A stretch of DNA of 64,000 nt from Patescibacteria group bacterium (lineage in GTDB: Bacteria > Patescibacteriota > Minisyncoccia > UBA6257 > GWB1-50-10): positions 1 through 64,000 of the forward strand of contig JBBTQX010000002.1 of NCBI GenBank assembly GCA_038065455.1, in the 5' to 3' direction. The notes below the pieces were generated by a model, which ran no database searches, was not told where the DNA came from, and saw nothing but the letters and a program-made list of their open reading frames with translations. The stretch's first letter is position 1; each line of letters starts with the position of its first letter. A program made the position numbers and the translations under genes. This document shows, piece by piece, positions 9,075 to 17,725 of the stretch.

Positions 9075-9923
9075 TTAAGAAAAATAACTTTTTAAAATCT
9101 TAATGTTTCTTTTATCGGGACCGTTATTATCAAACCCGGGCACCTCCAAGAGCCACGCCTTGTCCCAAAGGCGCTTTTCCTTCGCGAGCGCTTTGAATCC
9201 CGGAAGGCCGACATAGCCTTCGCCGATATTTTCATGCCGGTCGTTGTGCGAATTCCAGAGGGTTTTGGAGTCATTTGCGTGAATGGCAACGACATTCTCC
9301 AAACCGATTTCCTTATCCACCCTGTCCGCGAATGCCTTAATATTTCCCGCGTCATATTTGACGATTCCCGATTCAAAAGCGTGGGCGGTATCCAAACAGA
9401 TTTTTACGCGCTTCGAGCCGATTTTTTTGAAGATAAACGCGAGCTCTTCGATGGTTTTTCCGATTTTCTCTCCCCCGCCGGCGGTATTTTCCATCACGAG
9501 AAAACTTTTGCCCGGAACATTCGCCAAGACTTTTTTCATTCCGGATATCGCCTGATTCAGCGATTTTTCCTTATCCATTCCAGTACTCGAGCCGATATGG
9601 AAGATAAGCCCGGCCGCCCCGATAAGTTCGGCGATTTTCAGATGATCCGACAGGTTTCTGATTGATTTCGAAACCAGCTCCGGATTCGGACTGCCGAGAT
9701 TCACCAGATACGAGGCGTGGAGATAAGCCGGGCCGATGCCGGTTCTTTTTCCCTCCTCTTTGAATTTATTTATTTCATCCTCATTCGGCAGCTTTGTCTG
9801 CCAGGTGCGAGGCGAGGCGCCGAAAATCTGAATGCAATCCGCGCCGATTTCTTTGGCGCGCCCGAAGGCCGTCCAAAGCCCGCCGGCGGTAGAAACATGC
9901 GCTCCGATTTTAGGCTTAGTCAT
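9075..9923 (-). CDS. nfo: Endonuclease IV
   Basis: IGAHVSTAGG, HASYLVNLGS, ENTAG, CLDTAH, HANDSK, DRHENIGEG. Confidence 0.96.
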   Translation of the reverse strand: MTKPKIGAHVSTAGGLWTAFGRAKEIGADCIQIFGASPRTWQTKLPNEDEINKFKEEGKRTGIGPAYLHASYLVNLGSPNPELVSKSIRNLSDHLKIAELIGAAGLIFHIGSSTGMDKEKSLNQAISGMKKVLANVPGKSFLVMENTAGGGEKIGKTIEELAFIFKKIGSKRVKICLDTAHAFESGIVKYDAGNIKAFADRVDKEIGLENVVAIHANDSKTLWNSHNDRHENIGEGYVGLPGFKALAKEKRLWDKAWLLEVPGFDNNGPDKRNIKILKSYFS

Positions 9924-10034
9924 TATTTAAATATAACATGGGCCCTAAAATAAAAGGATCAGACGAATTAAAAAAGTGGGTAAGACTTGGCCTAGCGGCC
10001 CGGAGCGCACACTTTTTTGGTTCGGCTGATCCTT

Positions 10035-11051
10035 TTAAGATATAGCACTTCCGGGAGGGACTTCCCTGTCTGGTTTCAATAATACCGGCCCGCCGTCATT
10101 GGCCGCCAGGAGCATTCCTTGGCTCTCCAGACCCATCATCATTCGCGGCTCCAGATTCGCAACAACGATTATCTCGCGGCCAACCATCTCTTCCGGCAAG
10201 TAAACCTTCCCGACACCGGCTAGAATTTGTCGCGGTTCCGGTTCGCCTAAGTCCACTTTTAGCTTCAAAAGCTTTTCGGAACCTTCCACGCGTTCGGCCT
10301 CAAGCACTCTCGCGACCTTCATTTCTATCTTTTTAAATTCATCAAAATTTATGTTCATATTATTATATTTTTGTACCTCAGTGCTACAATTGATTGTAGC
10401 ATCGGACTTTACGAGCTTCTCCAATTGAACGAGACTCAGGGATTCTTTTTCCGTAAAATCCCCCACTCTCGTCCTTTTGAGCGCCGCGAGATACGCGCCG
10501 GTTCCCAATTCTTTTCCGATATCGCGGGCCAAAGCCCTTACATAAACTCCTGGACCGGTCACGGCACGCAGTTCTAAATAAGGCCACTCGTATTCCAAAA
10601 TCTCAATCTCTTTTATCTCAGCTTCTCTTTCCAATAATACCGGCTTCTCGCCTTTTCTGGCAAATTTATAAGCTTCCTTACCACTCACCTTGATAGCGCT
10701 GTAAATGGGCGGAATCTGCTTGATTTTGCCGATGAATTTTTTTACCGCTTCTTTGATTTCCGAAAGAGCCGGCTTTCTGTCCGACACGGAGGTTTTCTCC
10801 CCCTCCTCGTCGTCCGTGGCGCTCGTCTCGCCCAATTTAATCTTGGCGAGATATTCTTTTTCTTTCTTCACTTCAATGCCCAATTTTTTCGTAGCTTCGC
10901 GGCCGACGCCCACGACAAGCACGCCTTCGGCCAAAGGATCGAGCGTTCCGGCATGGCCGACCTTCTCGCCTCCGGTAATCCTCTTTATGCTCTGAACAAT
11001 ATCATTCGAGGTTGGGCCTTTCGGTTTATAGATAGCGAAGATTCCTTTCAT
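10035..11051 (-). CDS. truB: tRNA pseudouridine(55) synthase TruB running in-frame into a Trbp111/CsaA/MetRS C-terminal tRNA-binding OB domain
   Basis: KVGHAGTLDPLAEG, PPIYSAIKV, GVYVRALARDIG; then EKLLKLKVDLG..RQIL..NLEPR..ESQGMLLA. Confidence 0.92.
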   Translation of the reverse strand: MKGIFAIYKPKGPTSNDIVQSIKRITGGEKVGHAGTLDPLAEGVLVVGVGREATKKLGIEVKKEKEYLAKIKLGETSATDDEEGEKTSVSDRKPALSEIKEAVKKFIGKIKQIPPIYSAIKVSGKEAYKFARKGEKPVLLEREAEIKEIEILEYEWPYLELRAVTGPGVYVRALARDIGKELGTGAYLAALKRTRVGDFTEKESLSLVQLEKLVKSDATINCSTEVQKYNNMNINFDEFKKIEMKVARVLEAERVEGSEKLLKLKVDLGEPEPRQILAGVGKVYLPEEMVGREIIVVANLEPRMMMGLESQGMLLAANDGGPVLLKPDREVPPGSAIS

Positions 11052-12161
11052 TCAGAACTCACTTTGTAGGTCTTCGAGCAATTTCTTCGCCTTGCTAGAT
11101 ATATGTTTGGGCAGTTTCAAATTAAAAGTTATATAAAGATCGCCGCGCGAAGACGAACCGAGCTTCGGCATACCGCGATGAGATACTTTCATTTTTTCCT
11201 GAAGCGAAAAACCGCCGGGAATCTTGACCGAAAACACTTCTCCGCTGATATCCGCAATCGGAATGTCTTTTTCGAGCAATGCCTCCGCTATGCCGATATC
11301 CTTCGTAAGATATAGATCTTCTTTTTTCCTCGTAAAAGCCGAATGAGACTTAATTCTCACTATCACATAAAGGTCGCCCACTCCGCCCTGGCGCTCGCCC
11401 GCTTCGCCGGCACCATGAAGTTTGATAATCTGGCCATCCTCCACGCCCGGAGCAATATTCACGTTCGCTTCCCGATTACCTGAAATTCGCCCTTTTCCTT
11501 TGCACTTCGGACACGGCGCTTTGGGTAATTGGCCCGAACCGGAACATTCGGAACAAATTCTCACTTGAGCGAATTGGCCGAAAAAAGTCTTGCGCTCCAC
11601 GTTTATCTCACCCCGTCCGCCGCACACATTGCAGGTCTCGAAACCCTTGTTTTTATCATGGCCCAAGCCCTGACAATCGCCGCAGACGAGATAGGTTTTG
11701 AAATTAATCCGGCGATTGACGCCCCGAAAAGCTTCCTCGAGCATCAAATCCTGAACCGTTTCGATGTCCGAACCTTGGGCATAGGTCTTCCGCCTCTGGC
11801 CGGATGCGCCGCCGAACTGCTCAAAAATAGTCTCGAAAATATCGTTCAGGTCGCCGTTGCCGCCGCCGAATCCCCCAAAACCTCCGGAGAATCCGCCGAA
11901 ATCGGAAGCGGAAAATCCGCCCGCGAAAGGATTGCCGCCGCCCTGGCCGCCTTCAAACACCTGGCCGAAGCGATCATATTGCGCGCGCTTATCCTTATTG
12001 GAAAGGATTTGATAAGCCTCGTTCACTTCTTTGAACTTGCCCTCGTTGCCACCCTGCTTATCCGGATGATGCTGATGGGCCAGTTTGCGATAAGCCTTCT
12101 TTATATCCTCTTCCGTGGCCGTCTTTCCGACGCCGAGAATTTTGTAGTAATCTTTCGCCAT
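11052..12161 (-). CDS. dnaJ: Chaperone DnaJ
   Basis: HPD J-domain, G/F region, four CxxCxGxG repeats. Confidence 0.97.
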   Translation of the reverse strand: MAKDYYKILGVGKTATEEDIKKAYRKLAHQHHPDKQGGNEGKFKEVNEAYQILSNKDKRAQYDRFGQVFEGGQGGGNPFAGGFSASDFGGFSGGFGGFGGGNGDLNDIFETIFEQFGGASGQRRKTYAQGSDIETVQDLMLEEAFRGVNRRINFKTYLVCGDCQGLGHDKNKGFETCNVCGGRGEINVERKTFFGQFAQVRICSECSGSGQLPKAPCPKCKGKGRISGNREANVNIAPGVEDGQIIKLHGAGEAGERQGGVGDLYVIVRIKSHSAFTRKKEDLYLTKDIGIAEALLEKDIPIADISGEVFSVKIPGGFSLQEKMKVSHRGMPKLGSSSRGDLYITFNLKLPKHISSKAKKLLEDLQSEF

Positions 12162-13205
12162 TTAGGATAGGAGTGTAAACTCGCGGCTCCGCGTTTCCAA
12201 ATTGAAATAAGCGAATCCGAAAACAACGAGTATTTTGAAAATAATAAATGCCAATAGAGCGACAAACCAATATAAAAGAAAGAAAGCACTTTTTACCGTG
12301 AAGAAGAAAATAAACGAAACGGCCAACGGTAAAATCCAAGATGAACTGTTGAAAGAATTAAAATATTTCGCAACGATATCATAAGCGAAATCGGCCGTTC
12401 CCTGAACGGGATTGAGATCCACAAACTGTTTTTTGAGGACTTCCAATAGCTGATCCGTGGCCTGATCGATGAATTTATTCTGATCCTTCTGAGGCAAGGA
12501 ACGAAAATCGGTCTCCGGACTTCCGGCGCTCACGCCCGGAATTTCCAATTTAGTCCGGCTTAATTTTTCGGCAGCTAGGCTCCGCAAAAGGTTTCGAACA
12601 GTTCCGTTCAAAGAAATACCCGGCACAATGACCCGCGCGACGGGTTCGCTTGCAGTAATGGTTCCCGACACTAGCCGCCGACCCATCGCTTCGGTGAATT
12701 TCCCCCATTCGAAATAATTGAGATAGAGAACGACCGAAAGGAATATCAAAAAGCCTGTTACGATTTTCGGCAGAAACACTCTGGTGGTTTCAAAAAAATG
12801 GAGCTTAATGCCATTCAAAACGAAGTTCCGGCCGTGCTTCATCGCTTCGACAATGAAAACAAAAGCCACGAATGCTCCAATAAGAAGCGGAACGGACGTC
12901 TCCGGATAAACCTTATCCGGAAAAACGGCGAGCGCGGCGGCCACTTCCAAAAATGCGATAAGCGAAAGTTTTCCCAGGCCTTTTATGAAAAAAACCTGGA
13001 GAATAACCACTATCAAAAAGAAAGCGAAAGCGAGAACGGTCGGCCAGAAATAAACGTTATCCAAGCCGGAGATAAGGCGCAAAAAACCGGAGAAGGTCGC
13101 GAAGCTTCCCACGATTCCCAAAAAACCTAGAAGCAGTATCTTCCAAACACTGCGGTCTACTTCCGCTTCATGGGACTCACTGGTTATTTGAAGGCTGGGT
13201 GTCAT
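12162..13205 (-). CDS. Hypothetical multi-pass membrane protein
   Basis: Long ORF with several hydrophobic segments filling the dnaK-dnaJ gap; start uncertain. Confidence 0.75.
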   Translation of the reverse strand: MTPSLQITSESHEAEVDRSVWKILLLGFLGIVGSFATFSGFLRLISGLDNVYFWPTVLAFAFFLIVVILQVFFIKGLGKLSLIAFLEVAAALAVFPDKVYPETSVPLLIGAFVAFVFIVEAMKHGRNFVLNGIKLHFFETTRVFLPKIVTGFLIFLSVVLYLNYFEWGKFTEAMGRRLVSGTITASEPVARVIVPGISLNGTVRNLLRSLAAEKLSRTKLEIPGVSAGSPETDFRSLPQKDQNKFIDQATDQLLEVLKKQFVDLNPVQGTADFAYDIVAKYFNSFNSSSWILPLAVSFIFFFTVKSAFFLLYWFVALLAFIIFKILVVFGFAYFNLETRSREFTLLS

Positions 13206-15060
13206 CTTTTTTATTATAGAGGGCTTCCCCGATCTTTTGAAGCGAGGTGGAAAGTTCATTCGCCGCCGCCGTTATTGCTGCGGCATCGCTTCCTTCTTGA
13301 ATTTCTTTTATTTTGGCGATTTTTGCATTCACGTCTTCTTTCACGTCTGCCGGGACTTTGTCCCCCGCGTCCTTCAGGCCCTTCTCCGCCGCGTAGACAA
13401 GCGACTCCGCCTGGTTCTTCGCATCGATGAGTTCGCGCTTCTTCTGGTCTTCCGTCGCATGTTCGGCCGCTTCTTTCTTGAGCTTTTCAATTTCGTCTTT
13501 ATTCAAGCTCGTCGAAGCTTCGATTTTCACCGACTGAGCCTTGTTTGTCGCTTTATCTTTCGCGGAAACGGTAAGGATGCCGTTCGCGTCGATATCAAAA
13601 GTTACTTCGATCTGGGGAACGCCGCGCGCCGATGGCGGTATGCCATCCAAAATGAATCTGGCCAATGTCTTGTTGTCGGCCATCATCGGACGTTCTCCCT
13701 GTCCGATGTGGATTTCAACCGAGGTCTGATTGTCCGCGGCCGTCGAAAAAACTTGAGTCTTCGCGGTTGGCATTGTGGTGTTCTTCTGAATCATCGGAGT
13801 GGCGACCGCACCCATTGTCTCAATACTTAAAGTGAGAGGTGTCACATCAAGGAGTAAAACTTCACCTTCGGTTTTACGTCCTTCTTTTTTAGCTAAAAGT
13901 ATCTCGCCTTGAATTCCAGCCCCAATCGCCACCACTTCATCGGGATTGATACCTTGATGGGGATCCTTGCCGAAGAGCTTCTTCACGGCCTCCTGAATGG
14001 CCGGCATTCTGGTCTGTCCACCGACCAAAATAATTTCATTTATATCTGAAAATTTCAGACCAGCGCCCTTCGGAGTCGGCGAAGTGACCGCGTCTTTCAC
14101 GAGATCAATGGAGTGATTGATCATATCGCCGACCAGAGATTCGAGCTTCGCCCGCGTGAGCTTCATCACTAGATGCTTTGGCCCCGAAGAATCGGAAGTG
14201 ACGTAGGGCAGATTTATTTCGCTCTCGGCCGCCGTCGAAAGCTCGTGCTTCGCGCGCTCGGCCGCTTCCCGCAAACGCTGGAGTGCCAGAGTGTCCTTCG
14301 AAATATCGATGCCTTCCTGTTTTTTATATTCGCCCACGAGATATTCTATGATAACCTTGTCGAAATCGTCTCCGCCCAAATGAGTGTCGCCGCCGGTCGC
14401 CTTCACTTCCACCGTCTGTTCTTTAGTCTCCGAATCGTAACTCATTTCAAGCACGGATACGTCGAAAGTGCCGCCGCCGAAATCGTATACGACGATCTTC
14501 TGATTCTTTTCTTTCCCGAATCCATAGGCAAAAGCCGCCGCAGTCGGCTCATTGATAATGCGGTCCACTTTCAATCCAGCGATTTCCCCCGCATTCTTGG
14601 TCGCCTGCCTTTGGCTGTCGTCGAAGTAAGCCGGCACCGTAATAACCGCCTCATCAACCGTTTCTCCGAGTTTCGCCTCCGCATCTGCTTTTATTTTCTG
14701 CAAAACCATCGCGGATATTTCTTCCGGCTTATACCACCGGTCCGCCATTTTTATCTCCACGCCGCCCGTCGCCGATTCCTTTATCTCGTACGAAAGCCAC
14801 TTGCGGTCGCGCTGGACCTCTAGATCCGAAAACTTCCGCCCGATCAAGCGCTTCACCGAATAAATGGTATTCTGCGGATTCACTACGCCCTGCCGCTTAC
14901 CCAGAAGACCTGTCAGACGCTCGCCTGATTTGTTGACTGCGACAATCGAGGGAGTGGTGCGCGCTCCTTCGCTGTTCTCCAATATTTTCCCTTCGCCGCC
15001 TTCCATCACCGCAACCGCCGAATTCGTCGTCCCCAAATCTATTCCCAAAATTTTTGCCAT
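13177..15060 (-). CDS. dnaK: Chaperone DnaK
   Basis: GIDLGTTNS, TVPAYF, DFGGGTFDVS, VGGQTRMP, LLLDVTPL. Confidence 0.99.
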   Translation of the reverse strand: MAKILGIDLGTTNSAVAVMEGGEGKILENSEGARTTPSIVAVNKSGERLTGLLGKRQGVVNPQNTIYSVKRLIGRKFSDLEVQRDRKWLSYEIKESATGGVEIKMADRWYKPEEISAMVLQKIKADAEAKLGETVDEAVITVPAYFDDSQRQATKNAGEIAGLKVDRIINEPTAAAFAYGFGKEKNQKIVVYDFGGGTFDVSVLEMSYDSETKEQTVEVKATGGDTHLGGDDFDKVIIEYLVGEYKKQEGIDISKDTLALQRLREAAERAKHELSTAAESEINLPYVTSDSSGPKHLVMKLTRAKLESLVGDMINHSIDLVKDAVTSPTPKGAGLKFSDINEIILVGGQTRMPAIQEAVKKLFGKDPHQGINPDEVVAIGAGIQGEILLAKKEGRKTEGEVLLLDVTPLTLSIETMGAVATPMIQKNTTMPTAKTQVFSTAADNQTSVEIHIGQGERPMMADNKTLARFILDGIPPSARGVPQIEVTFDIDANGILTVSAKDKATNKAQSVKIEASTSLNKDEIEKLKKEAAEHATEDQKKRELIDAKNQAESLVYAAEKGLKDAGDKVPADVKEDVNAKIAKIKEIQEGSDAAAITAAANELSTSLQKIGEALYNKKDDTQPSNNQ

Positions 15061-15106
15061 ATTATTGTATTTTTGTTTATTTTTATATTTAACCTTGACC
15101 TTTTGA

Positions 15107-15167
15107 CCGGGCAGTAGAAATTCGATCAGTTCTTCTGCCGTGTTGCAATCGAATTTTCACTGCCCGG
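15107..15167. mobile_element. Family B hairpin element in the 3' end of grpE, TTGA duplicated on both sides
   Basis: CCGGGCAGTAGAAATTCGAT...ATCGAATTTTCACTGCCCGG; TTGA at 15103-15106 and 15168-15171. Confidence 0.75.
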
Positions 15168-15642
15168 TTGACAATTTCACCCTGACGGGTTTTATGACTT
15201 TATTGTGCAACTTGTATCCTCCCGATACCTCTTCCGCTATCGTTCCCGGCGGCTCCGCGGCATTCACTTCGCCTATCGCTTCCGCCAGATTAGTATCGAA
15301 AGGGTCGCCGCGCTGAATTTTGATTCTTTCGAGGCCGTGTTTTTTCAAAATATCCTCGAGCTGACTCCTGATCAGCTCCACTCCTTTCTTCGCCGGATCG
15401 CCGTCCTTCAAGACCGAGAGGCTCAATTCGAAGCTATCCAAAGCGGGAATAAGGTCGGCTATGAGCATTTCATTCGAGAACTTGGCAAAGTTTTCCAGAC
15501 GCCCCGCTTCTTCTTTTTTGTAATTAATCAGGTCGGCTTTCGCCCGCTTCCACCCGTTCAGATACTCCTCTTTTTCCCTTTCCAGTTTCGCAATCGGGTC
15601 TTCCGGAATATTATTATTATTTAAATCTTGTTCTTCGGACAT
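15157..15642 (-). CDS. grpE: Nucleotide exchange factor GrpE
   Basis: RAKADLINYKK, LIPALDSF, FDTNLAEA, GYKLHNKVIKPVRV; operon position. Confidence 0.96.
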   Translation of the reverse strand: MSEEQDLNNNNIPEDPIAKLEREKEEYLNGWKRAKADLINYKKEEAGRLENFAKFSNEMLIADLIPALDSFELSLSVLKDGDPAKKGVELIRSQLEDILKKHGLERIKIQRGDPFDTNLAEAIGEVNAAEPPGTIAEEVSGGYKLHNKVIKPVRVKLSTGQ

Positions 15643-15643
15643 A

Positions 15644-15786
15644 CCAGGTTAGTAGAAACTCGATTGCAAATTAACGATTTGCTGAATCGAATCATGATTA
15701 ATATATTTAATTTGACCTTTCATATTATATTTTTCCATATCCATTGTTAATTTGACGGCAAATCTAATCGAGTTTTCACTACCTGG
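15644..15786. mobile_element. Family B element on the grpE start codon, carrying a 46-codon mini-ORF (15649-15789, - strand)
   Basis: Arms CCAGGTTAGTAGAAACTCGATT / AATCGAGTTTTCACTACCTGG; ATG on both sides; interior resembles 40810-40952. Confidence 0.75.
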
Positions 15787-15793
15787 CATGTTT

Positions 15794-16495
15794 TTAATTT
15801 TCCATTGATTTTTCGAGCGACTTTAAGAATCTTATCGGCTTCGTGTAATCCATCCGTTTCGGACCGATGGTAATCATCAGGAAATCTTCCGGCCCGCGAT
15901 TGAAATAAGTGGCGAAAACGGAAATATGGGGACTCCGCGTGACCGGGCTCTGGCCCACGAAAACGCGCGGCCAATCTTTTTCCTTCTCCCACCAGGATTT
16001 ATTTTCCAATATCCTTTCCGGCAATTTCTCGAAATCCCGCACCACCTCCACCAAATCTTTCTTGGCCACGGTATCGAGCTGTTCTAAAAGTTCCTCCAGT
16101 CCGCTGCCGAAAAATTCGCCTTCGTGAGGCAGGAATCCCACACCCATAAGACCGAGTTCTTCGGCCACCTCTTCCACGAAAGATTTTCTCCCGCCTCTCA
16201 TAAAATCCGCGGTCAATTCTTTTAGGACATTCGAATCCTTTTCTTTTTTCGGCTCCTCAGTCAAAAATTGTTCGGCCAAGAAGCGATAGGCTTTGTCGGT
16301 CGGAATCCGCCCGCCCGAAGGATGTTTGCGGGAAAAGTAGCCGTCTTCGGCCAACTCGGAAAGCTCCAGTCGAATCATGGCCGGCCGGATGCCAAAATCG
16401 TAGTTCTCAAAAAGATGGTCGGAGGTGACCGGCTGGCCCGTTTTCACGAAGTCCCGCACCGCCGCTTCCAATATATCTCTGCTCCTTTCCGTCAT
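15794..16495 (-). CDS. hrcA: Heat-inducible repressor HrcA (short form)
   Basis: TGQPVTS, ATIR-like segment, HPSGGRIPTDKAYR, IGPKRMDY; heads grpE-dnaK. Confidence 0.92.
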   Translation of the reverse strand: MTERSRDILEAAVRDFVKTGQPVTSDHLFENYDFGIRPAMIRLELSELAEDGYFSRKHPSGGRIPTDKAYRFLAEQFLTEEPKKEKDSNVLKELTADFMRGGRKSFVEEVAEELGLMGVGFLPHEGEFFGSGLEELLEQLDTVAKKDLVEVVRDFEKLPERILENKSWWEKEKDWPRVFVGQSPVTRSPHISVFATYFNRGPEDFLMITIGPKRMDYTKPIRFLKSLEKSMEN

Positions 16496-16502
16496 AGTGG
16501 GA

Positions 16503-16537
16503 ATTATATATTAGCACTCAAATGTGTCAAGCGCCAA
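16503..16537 (-). promoter_or_regulatory. hrcA promoter overlapped by a CIRCE element
   Basis: - strand TTGACA(16530-16525)-N16-TATAAT(16508-16503); TTAGCACTC-N9-AAGCGCCAA at 16511-16537. Confidence 0.85.
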
Positions 16538-16543
16538 TTGATT

Positions 16544-16699
16544 GGGATACCGTGCCCCTATTCCCTTCAGCACCGGGTGTCGCGGTTCTCCCGCGGAACC
16601 GCGCACCACTAAGCTCTCGGCGAAAAATCCACCCTTCTGGGTGGAGCCGAGCTTTTTCGCCTCCGAGATTTGCTTCAGGGAACACGGGCACGGTATCCC
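16544..16699. repeat. 156-nt multi-hairpin element with 14-bp perfect terminal inverted repeat (MITE-like or ncRNA)
   Basis: GGGATACCGTGCCC...GGGCACGGTATCCC enclosing CGCGGTTC/GAACCGCG and TCCACCC/GGGTGGA stems. Confidence 0.65.
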
Positions 16700-16877
16700 T
16701 TATTTCCAAAAAATTATTTATTTAACAAATATCCTTATTGCAACCTACATTTATCTAAATAAATATCAAATGAATAAGGGGTTATTATCCCAGAAAATGA
16801 AATTTTCTGATTAATTTTTAATGCTGCTGCGGTTTTTGCCCAATCTGAATCAAAGAGACAATGTATTATTTAATGTT

Positions 16878-17693
16878 CTACGGGCAGGTGGCGGTCGAGG
16901 TGGCGATAGCGCCAGTATTTGAAATACCCAAAAGGAAGCAGGTGCCGCCTGCCGATTTCAAAATGACGCCGTAAGCCGAATCGGAAAATCCGATATTCCC
17001 CGCCGCTTTAATGAGCGCATTGGTAGAAGGCGAAAAATTTACTCCCAAGCCGATCTGGCCATATTGGCCGCCGATTGAAACATTATTATTGAAATAGCCC
17101 GTGTACCACGGATTCACGGCTGTACCCAATGTAAGAGAACTAGAGGCGGCGGTGGGATAAACTGCCGAATCGAATTGGGCAGCCGAAACTCGAGCAATGG
17201 CTGTCTGAAGCGAACGAGTAAGTTGAGCGGAAGGAGTAGGCGAATTGTAAGTCATTGTGACGCCCAATTGAATGATGGCGAGCCCACCGGGATTTTCGTA
17301 TTTGGTAGCCGTAAAACTATTGACGGTCACGTTGGAATTGGTAATGGCGACGGGCGTGCTTGATGGAATCACCGAACCCTCGCTCAAGTAAACCGCGGTA
17401 CCGCTCGCGTAAATAAGGGTCGGGTCGAGCGTCGAGGAAGTCATCCTTAACTTGATAGTCGAGGTTGCGACGCCGCCTTCCATATCAATCAGGCTCGAAT
17501 CGCGAACTAATTGCTGGACAGTGCCCGCGACGAAAGAAACTTGGTTGTTAACCTCATTCACGGAGTTTTGGCGAGTTTGGATCCTCGTAACCGAGAGCAA
17601 AATCGCCGTCAAAAACACCGCGCTCCCCGCGAAGATGGCGACATAAATAAGAAGTTCAATAAGTGAATAGCCTTTTTCTTCCTTGAAATTCAT
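16878..17693 (-). CDS. Type IV pilin-like protein (prepilin N-terminal cleavage/methylation motif)
   Basis: KG^YSLIELLIYVAIF class III signal peptide; Ser/Thr-rich beta-type C-terminal part. Confidence 0.88.
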   Translation of the reverse strand: MNFKEEKGYSLIELLIYVAIFAGSAVFLTAILLSVTRIQTRQNSVNEVNNQVSFVAGTVQQLVRDSSLIDMEGGVATSTIKLRMTSSTLDPTLIYASGTAVYLSEGSVIPSSTPVAITNSNVTVNSFTATKYENPGGLAIIQLGVTMTYNSPTPSAQLTRSLQTAIARVSAAQFDSAVYPTAASSSLTLGTAVNPWYTGYFNNNVSIGGQYGQIGLGVNFSPSTNALIKAAGNIGFSDSAYGVILKSAGGTCFLLGISNTGAIATSTATCP

Positions 17694-17725
17694 AGTTCTT
17701 TTCTCTTTATAGTATAATAACACAA

